From positions 1,590,001-1,622,000 of the forward strand of contig NZ_LN831024.1 of the NCBI RefSeq assembly GCF_001457615.1: 32,000 nt of DNA, written 5' to 3'. The translations under genes were made by a program, and so were the position numbers. Each line of letters starts with the position of its first letter. Position 1 is the first letter of the stretch. This DNA is from Pseudomonas aeruginosa (GTDB taxonomy: Bacteria; Pseudomonadota; Gammaproteobacteria; Pseudomonadales; Pseudomonadaceae). The notes under the pieces were generated by a model. That model did not search any database. It was not told the origin of the DNA and saw nothing but the letters and a program-made list of their open reading frames with translations. Of this stretch, positions 26,278-32,000 are shown piece after piece.

Positions 26278-26380
26278 GCAACTACTCCATGGACACGAGT
26301 CGGCACGCATGATGCTACGGAGGAAACGAGACAGGCGAGGGAACCTGCCATCAGCCTAGCAGTTGGCTGGAGAGGAGGGC

Positions 26381-26404
26381 GGCCTCCCCGGGGGCGGGGA
26401 GGCC
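26381..26404 (-). terminator. GC hairpin after the NAGGN operon (putative terminator)
   Basis: GGCCTCCCC (26381-26389) / GGGGAGGCC (26396-26404): perfect 9-bp stem with a 6-nt loop, 10 nt beyond the M42 peptidase stop. On the minus strand it is followed by a C/T-rich tract. Confidence 0.5.
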
Positions 26405-26413
26405 GGCGCGGGC

Positions 26414-27610
26414 TCAGCCCTTGTCGCTGTTGTTGCTGCTGTCGAGCACTTCGTCCACCGGCGGGACGTGGGTGCAGCTTTCCATGTGCACCGGATGCTC
26501 GAGCTGCTTGTTGAAGCGTTCCAGCGAGGTTTCCCGGGGCTTGGCGTCGCTGGCGAAGACCGGCGGGCTGAGGATGTAGGCAGTGAGCAGGCGGCTCAGC
26601 GCGGCGAGGCTGTCGATGTGCGTGCGCTCGTAGCCGTGGGTGGCGTCGCAGCCGAACGCCAGCAGCGCGGCGCGGGTGTCGTGGCCGGCGGCGATCGCCG
26701 ACTGCGCGTCGCTGTGGTAGTAGCGGAACAGGTCGCGGCGCAGGGCGATGTCGTGGCGCTCGCCGAGCCGCAGCAGGTGCCGCGACAGATGGAAGTCGTA
26801 GGGCCCGCCGGAGTCCTGCATGGCCACGCTGACGCTGTGCTCGTTGGAATTCTGGCCTTCGGCCACCGGGGCGATGTCGATGCCGACGAACTCGCTGACG
26901 TCCCAGGGCAGGGCGCCGGCGGCGCCGGAGCCGACTTCCTCGGTGATGGTGAACAGCGGGTGGCAGTCGATCGGCGGCTCCTGGCCGCTTTCCTTGACCG
27001 CCTTCAGCGCCGCCAGCAGCGCCGCGACCCCGGCCTTGTCGTCTAGGTGGCGGGCGCTGATATGGCCGCTCTCGGTGAACTCCGGCAGCGGATCGAAGGC
27101 CACGTAGTCACCCACCGAGATGCCCAGGCTCTCGCTGTCGGCGCGACTGGCGGTATAGGCGTCGAGACGCAGCTCGATGTTGTCCCAACTGATCTTCAGG
27201 TTGTCCACCTCGGTATTGAAGGCGTGGCCCGAAGCCAGCAGCGGCAGCACGCTGCCACGGAACACGCCCTGTTCGGTGAACACCGTGACCCGGCTACCCT
27301 CGGCGAAGCGGCTCGACCAGCAGCCTACCGGGGCCAGGCCGAGGCGGCCGTTGGGCTTGATCTCGCGGACCAGCGCGCCGATCGTGTCGAGGTGCGCGGA
27401 AACCGCCCGGTCGGGGGTATTCAGGCGGCCCTGGAGGGTCGCCCGGATGGTTCCCCGGCGAGTCATCTCGAAGGGCACGCCAAGTTCGTCGAGCTGCTCG
27501 GCGACATAGCGCACGATGGTATCGGTGAAGCCGGTGGGGCTGGGGATGGCGAGCATCTCCAGCAGCACCCGTTGCAGGTAGTTGAGGTCCGGTTGTGGCA
27601 GAGGGGTCAT
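26414..27610 (-). CDS. M42-family (glutamyl aminopeptidase/endoglucanase-like) metallopeptidase of the NAGGN cluster
   Basis: 398 aa. M42 family features (ML-IPSPTG start, HLD and ITEEVG metal-ligand blocks). Its start overlaps the ngg stop (ATGA at 27607-27610). Confidence 0.85.
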   Translation of the reverse strand: MTPLPQPDLNYLQRVLLEMLAIPSPTGFTDTIVRYVAEQLDELGVPFEMTRRGTIRATLQGRLNTPDRAVSAHLDTIGALVREIKPNGRLGLAPVGCWSSRFAEGSRVTVFTEQGVFRGSVLPLLASGHAFNTEVDNLKISWDNIELRLDAYTASRADSESLGISVGDYVAFDPLPEFTESGHISARHLDDKAGVAALLAALKAVKESGQEPPIDCHPLFTITEEVGSGAAGALPWDVSEFVGIDIAPVAEGQNSNEHSVSVAMQDSGGPYDFHLSRHLLRLGERHDIALRRDLFRYYHSDAQSAIAAGHDTRAALLAFGCDATHGYERTHIDSLAALSRLLTAYILSPPVFASDAKPRETSLERFNKQLEHPVHMESCTHVPPVDEVLDSSNNSDKG

Positions 27611-29364
27611 GAAGGCACCTCGCGGCTGAGGGGGAAGAGAAGATCGACGAAGCGTTCGGCGGTCGGCTGCGGCTCGTGGTTGGCCAGGCCGGCGCGCTCG
27701 TTGGCTTCGATGATCACGTAGTCGGGCTGGTCGGCGGCCTCGACCAGGAAGTCCAGGCCCACCACCGGTATTTCCAGGGCCCGCGCGGCCTGGATCGCGG
27801 CCTCGCGGAGGGCCGGATGGAGGGCGTCGGTGACGTCCTCGAGGATGCCGCCGGTGTGCAGGTTGGCGGTGCGCCGCACGGCCAGGTGTTCGCCGCTGGG
27901 CAACACGTCGTCGTAGCCATAGCCGGCGGCCCGCAGGGTGCGCTCGGTCTCGTGGTCGAGCGGGATGCGGCTTTCCCCGCCGGTGGCGGCCTGGCGCCGG
28001 CGGCTCTGCGCCTCGATCAGCTCGCGGATGCTGTGCCGGCCGTCGCCGATCACCGCGGCGGGACGACGGATGGCGGCGGCCACCACCTCGTAGCCAATCA
28101 CCAGCACGCGCAGGTCGTGGCCGGCGTGGTAGCTCTCCAGCAGCACGCGCGAATCGAAATGGCGGGCGGCCTCGATGGCCTCCTCGACCTCTTCCGCGGT
28201 GCGCAGGTCCACCGCCACGCCCTGGCCCTGCTCGCCGTCCACCGGCTTGACCACCAGCGAACCGTGCTCGGCGAGGAACGCGGCGTTTTCCTCCGCGCTG
28301 CCGGCCAGGCGCTGCTGTGGCTGGCGCAGGCCAGCGTGCTGCAGGGCGCGGTGGGTGAGGACCTTGTCCTGGCAGAGGGTCATGCTTACCGCCGTGGTCA
28401 GGTCGGAGAGCGATTCACGGCAGCGGATCTGCCGGCCGCCCTGGGTCAGGGTGAACAGGCCGCCCTCGGCGTCGTCGACGCGCACCTCGATGCCGCGCCG
28501 GTGGGCTTCGTCGACGATGATCCGGGCGTAGGGGTTGAGGTCTTCCTCCGGGCCGGGGCCGAGGAACAGCGACTGGTTGATGCCGTTCTTGCGCTTGATG
28601 GTGAAGGTCGCCAGTTCGCGGAAGCCGAGCTTGCGGTAGAGCGCCTTGGCCTGCTGGTTGTTGTGCAGCACCGAGAGGTCGAGGTAAGCCAGTTCGCGGC
28701 TCATGAAGTGCTCGACCAGGTGCCGTACCAGCGCCTCGCCGACGCCCGGCCGGCTGCATTGCGGGTCCACCGCCAGGCACCAGAGGCTGGAGCCGCCCTC
28801 CGGATCCTGGAACGCCTTGGCGTGGTTGAGGCCCATCACCGTGCCTACCGCGACGCCAGTGTCGGCGTCCTCGGCCAGCCAGTAGATCGGCCCGCCCTGG
28901 TGGCGCGGGCTGAGGCGCTCGGTCTGCACCGGAAGCATGCCGCGCGCCAGGTACAGGCGGTTGATCGCCGCCCAGTCCTCCTCGGTATGCACCCGGCGGA
29001 TGCGGAAACCGCGTGGCGGACGGCGCGCCGGGCGGTAGTCGGTGAACCACAGGCGCAGGGTATCCGAGGGATCAAGGAAGAGCTGCTGCGGGGCGTGGGC
29101 CAGGACCTGCTGCGGCGCCGCCACGTAGAGCGCGATGTCGCGTTCGCCGGGGGCTTCCTGCAACAGGTCGCGGGCCAGTTCCTCGGCGTCCGGGTAGGTC
29201 TGCCCGATCAGCAGGCGGCCCCAGCCGCAGTGGATGCTCAGCGGTTTCTCGGTGGGCTCGCTGTGATCTTCGGCGAGACGCGCCTGGAGGCGTTCGTAGG
29301 TGGGCGCCTGGATACGTTGCAGGCGCTGGTTGTGCGGGTGAGGCAGATGCAAGTGGCCTTTCAT
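27607..29364 (-). CDS. ngg: N-acetylglutaminylglutamine synthetase (GNAT acetyltransferase + ATP-grasp fusion)
   Basis: 585 aa. The central GNAT region (GVGEALVRHLVEHF ... ALYRKLGF) is followed by an ATP-grasp/cyanophycin-synthetase-like C-terminal half. It is positioned between asnO and the M42 peptidase, as in described NAGGN clusters. Confidence 0.85.
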   Translation of the reverse strand: MKGHLHLPHPHNQRLQRIQAPTYERLQARLAEDHSEPTEKPLSIHCGWGRLLIGQTYPDAEELARDLLQEAPGERDIALYVAAPQQVLAHAPQQLFLDPSDTLRLWFTDYRPARRPPRGFRIRRVHTEEDWAAINRLYLARGMLPVQTERLSPRHQGGPIYWLAEDADTGVAVGTVMGLNHAKAFQDPEGGSSLWCLAVDPQCSRPGVGEALVRHLVEHFMSRELAYLDLSVLHNNQQAKALYRKLGFRELATFTIKRKNGINQSLFLGPGPEEDLNPYARIIVDEAHRRGIEVRVDDAEGGLFTLTQGGRQIRCRESLSDLTTAVSMTLCQDKVLTHRALQHAGLRQPQQRLAGSAEENAAFLAEHGSLVVKPVDGEQGQGVAVDLRTAEEVEEAIEAARHFDSRVLLESYHAGHDLRVLVIGYEVVAAAIRRPAAVIGDGRHSIRELIEAQSRRRQAATGGESRIPLDHETERTLRAAGYGYDDVLPSGEHLAVRRTANLHTGGILEDVTDALHPALREAAIQAARALEIPVVGLDFLVEAADQPDYVIIEANERAGLANHEPQPTAERFVDLLFPLSREVPS

Positions 29365-29404
29365 GATCGCTCCTGGTTCGGGCCCCTGCGTTGGGGGCCC
29401 ATTT

Positions 29405-31174
29405 TCAAAGTCCCTGTTCGCTGAGCCAGAGGTTGAGGGCGGCCAGCTGCCACAGCTTGGAGCCGCGCAGCGGTGTGAGGTCGCCGTCCGGATCGCTCAG
29501 CAGGCGATCGAATATCGCCGGCTGGAACAGGCCGCGGTCCTGGCTCGGGTCGAGCAGCAGTTCGCGTACCCATTCGCGGGTGCGGCCCTGCAAGTGCTTG
29601 AGGCCGGGCACCGGGAAGTAACCCTTGGGCCGGTCGATGACTTCGCTGGGAATCACCTTGCGCGCGGCACCCTTGAGCACCTGCTTGCCGCCGTCGCCGA
29701 GCTTGAAGCGGGCGGGAATGCGCGCCGACAGCTCGGCCAGGCGGTAGTCGAGGAACGGCACGCGGGCTTCCAGGCCCCAGGCCATGGTCATGTTGTCGAC
29801 CCGCTTGACCGGGTCGTCGACCAGCATGATCGTGCTATCCAGGCGCAGCGCCTTGTCCACCGCGGCCTCGGCGCCGGGGCTGGCGAAGTGGTCGCGGACG
29901 AAGCGCCCGGCGACGTCCTCGACGCGGAAGCGCTCGCCGACGGTGGCCAGGTATTCCTCGTGGTCGCGGTCGAAGAACGCCGCGCGGTACGCGGCGAAGG
30001 CGTCGTCGGCGCCATCCACCTTCGGATACCAGTGGTAGCCGGCGAACAGCTCGTCGGCGCCCTGGCCGCTCTGCACCACCTTGCAGTGCTTCGAGACTTC
30101 CCGCGCGAGCAGGTAGAAGGCGATGCAGTCGTGGCTGACCATCGGCTCGCTCATGGCGCGGAAGGCCGCCGGCAACTGCTCGATCACTTCGTGCTCGCCG
30201 ATGCGCAGGCGATGGTGGCGGGTGTGATAGCGCTCGGCGATCAGGTCGGAATACTGGAACTCGTCGCCGCGCTCGCCGCCGGCATCCTCGAAGCCGATGG
30301 AGAAGGTCAGCAGGTTGTCCACCCCGGCTTCGTGCAGCAGGCCCACCAGCAGGCTCGAATCGACCCCGCCGGAGAGCAGCACGCCGACCTCGCGGGCGGC
30401 GCGCTGGCGGATCGCCACCGCTTCGCGGAGGCCGTCGAGGACGCGCTCCTGCCAGTCGTCGAGCGTCAGCTCGCGCTCGTCCGGGCGTGGGCCGTAGTCC
30501 AGCGTCCACCAGGTGCGCTGCTCGCAGCTGCCGTCGAGGTCGACGCTCATCCAGGTCGCCGGCGGCAGCTTCTTCACGCCCTCCAGCAAGGTGTGCGGGG
30601 CGGGAACCACGGCGTGGAAGTTGAGGTAGAAATTCAGCGCCTGCGGATCGAGGTCGCTGGCGATGTCGCCGCCCTTGAGCAGGGCCGGCAGGCTCGAGGC
30701 GAAGCGTAGGCGCGAGCGGTCGAGGCTGTAGTAGAGCGGCTTGATGCCGAGTCGGTCACGGGCCAGGAACAGCCGCTGGCGATCGCGCTCCCAGACGGCG
30801 AAGGCGAACATCCCATTGAGCCGGGGCAATAAATCGGCGCCCCAGGCATGGTACCCCTTCAAGAGAACTTCGGTGTCGCCGCCGGAGAAGAACCGATAGC
30901 CAAGGCTTTCCAGTTCGCCACGCAGTTCGGGGTAGTTGTAGATGGCGCCATTGAACACCATGGCCAGGCCGAGATCGGGATCGATCATCGGTTGGCCGGA
31001 AGCTTCCGCCAGGTCCATGATCTTCAGCCGTCGATGTCCGAGGGCGATCGGACCCTGGGCGTGGAAGCCCCAGGCGTCGGGGCCGCGAGGGGCCAGGTGG
31101 TGGGTGATGCGTTCGACCGCTGCGAGGTCGGCTGCCTGGTTGTCGAAACGAAACTCTCCTGATATGCCGCACAT
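29405..31174 (-). CDS. asnO: glutamine-hydrolysing asparagine-synthetase-family amidotransferase (N-acetylglutaminylglutamine amidotransferase)
   Basis: 589 aa. N-terminal Ntn Cys (MCGISGEF), the PP-loop SGGVDSS, and SD AAGGAA upstream of ATG 31174. Confidence 0.9.
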   Translation of the reverse strand: MCGISGEFRFDNQAADLAAVERITHHLAPRGPDAWGFHAQGPIALGHRRLKIMDLAEASGQPMIDPDLGLAMVFNGAIYNYPELRGELESLGYRFFSGGDTEVLLKGYHAWGADLLPRLNGMFAFAVWERDRQRLFLARDRLGIKPLYYSLDRSRLRFASSLPALLKGGDIASDLDPQALNFYLNFHAVVPAPHTLLEGVKKLPPATWMSVDLDGSCEQRTWWTLDYGPRPDERELTLDDWQERVLDGLREAVAIRQRAAREVGVLLSGGVDSSLLVGLLHEAGVDNLLTFSIGFEDAGGERGDEFQYSDLIAERYHTRHHRLRIGEHEVIEQLPAAFRAMSEPMVSHDCIAFYLLAREVSKHCKVVQSGQGADELFAGYHWYPKVDGADDAFAAYRAAFFDRDHEEYLATVGERFRVEDVAGRFVRDHFASPGAEAAVDKALRLDSTIMLVDDPVKRVDNMTMAWGLEARVPFLDYRLAELSARIPARFKLGDGGKQVLKGAARKVIPSEVIDRPKGYFPVPGLKHLQGRTREWVRELLLDPSQDRGLFQPAIFDRLLSDPDGDLTPLRGSKLWQLAALNLWLSEQGL

Positions 31175-31316
31175 ATTCCTTACCGGTTCTCCGTTGGGGA
31201 AGTGGGTTGCGTACCCCTTCCGGGTACATGACTTACCTAACAGAGGACCGTTACAGTTGGAAGGAGTTCTATACGAATTTTCCGGGCCTATCAGGACCCT
31301 TAACGAAGAATTTATT

Positions 31317-31790
31317 ATGGTTGAAAGTAATAAGACCGCTGCCGATACCTATTCGCTCGCTATTTTCCGCGCCATCCGCCGTCTCCAGCAGGCCGCCGAA
31401 ATCCACTCCAAGCGTCTCAGCCGATACGGTGGCCTGACCCCGCTGCAATTGCTGATCCTGCATGTCCTGGCGGTGGAGGGAGAACTGACCGCGACGCAAC
31501 TGGCCAAGCTGGTCAGCCTGTCCCAGGCATCGCTCTCCGGCGTGCTCGACCGCCTCGAAGGACGCGGCCTGCTCTATCGTCGGCGCGACGAACAGGACCG
31601 GCGCAAGTCCTGGCTGCACCTCGACCCGGCCGGCCACGAAGCCCTGGCGGAGGCGCCGCCGCTATTGCCGGAGTACGTGATCGAGCGCTTCGCCGCGTTG
31701 CCCGAGTGGGAGCGCCACGGCTTGCTGGCCGCGCTGCTGCGCGCGGCCGACCTGTTCGGCTTGCCGGAAGAGGACGTCGAAGAAGAGTGA
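31317..31790 (+). CDS. MarR-family transcriptional regulator
   Basis: 157 aa from ATG 31317. Winged-helix block LTPLQLLILHVLAVEGELTATQLAKLVSLSQASLSGVLDRLEGRGLLYRRRDEQDRRK. Divergent from asnO. The upstream in-frame ORF portion (30942-31316) overlaps asnO and is not coding. Confidence 0.85.
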   Translation: MVESNKTAADTYSLAIFRAIRRLQQAAEIHSKRLSRYGGLTPLQLLILHVLAVEGELTATQLAKLVSLSQASLSGVLDRLEGRGLLYRRRDEQDRRKSWLHLDPAGHEALAEAPPLLPEYVIERFAALPEWERHGLLAALLRAADLFGLPEEDVEEE

Positions 31791-32000
31791 GGGCGCCAGG
31801 TTCGCTACGAAAGACAGTCGCGTCGGCGGTCTTTACCTGGCGAACCTGCCGATGCCTGGTGGACAAGCGCGTTGTACGCCATGGCGTGACCTCCGCGTAG
31901 GGCGCATAACGCCGCTTCCCCGGTGCCCCGGCCGCCGAGGAAAGCTACCCGCCGTAGAGCTTCTGCGCCGCCAGGGAGAAGCTCACCGCCACCAGCATCA

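Noticed and set aside
31945-32000. Possible 3' end of a minus-strand gene (...LVAVSFSLAAQKLYGG-stop, TAG at 31945-31947) running off the window.
   Set aside because: Only about 18 codons are visible, which is too little to call a CDS or assign a product, although the hydrophobic C-terminus is plausible for a membrane protein.

Overview
The window is a visibly GC-rich gammaproteobacterial chromosome segment. From the protein sequences I recognise it as the Pseudomonas aeruginosa rhl quorum-sensing neighbourhood, equivalent to PAO1 PA3482 (metG) through PA3458 (MarR-type regulator). I call 25 protein-coding genes; all coordinates include the stop codon. In order they are: metG(-), apbC/mrp(+), dcd(+), rhlA-rhlB-rhlR-rhlI(+), pheC(+), two overlapping DMT/EamA transporters(+), an NlpC/P60 hydrolase(-), NAD-malic enzyme(+), an MscS channel / RibD_C reductase / Nudix hydrolase string(-), an MFS transporter(-), a DEAD-box helicase(+), an MFS_3 transporter with a soluble C-terminal domain(-), a secreted zinc PLC/P1-nuclease-like protein(+), a yheU-like small protein and a 7TMR-DISM hybrid sensor kinase(-), the NAGGN osmoprotectant operon asnO-ngg-M42 peptidase(-), and a divergent MarR regulator(+). 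There are no rRNA or tRNA genes, CRISPR arrays or transposase/integrase genes. Non-coding content includes two lux-type (rhl/las) boxes, several intrinsic-terminator hairpins, one REP-type palindrome pair, and a four-copy 115-bp tandem array of the same REP family. Many ORFs in the six-frame track are shadow ORFs, which is typical of high-GC DNA, and I reject them. I did not find convincing evidence for a wholly new multi-gene system; most of the window is well-characterised core genome. The least-described items worth follow-up are the tandem REP/BIME-like array, the secreted tri-zinc PLC/P1-nuclease-like protein, the MFS_3 transporter with an ABM-like tail, the degenerate receiver domain inside the hybrid kinase, the unexplained M42 peptidase and MarR partner of the NAGGN operon, and the hairpin/lux-box overlap between rhlR and rhlI.
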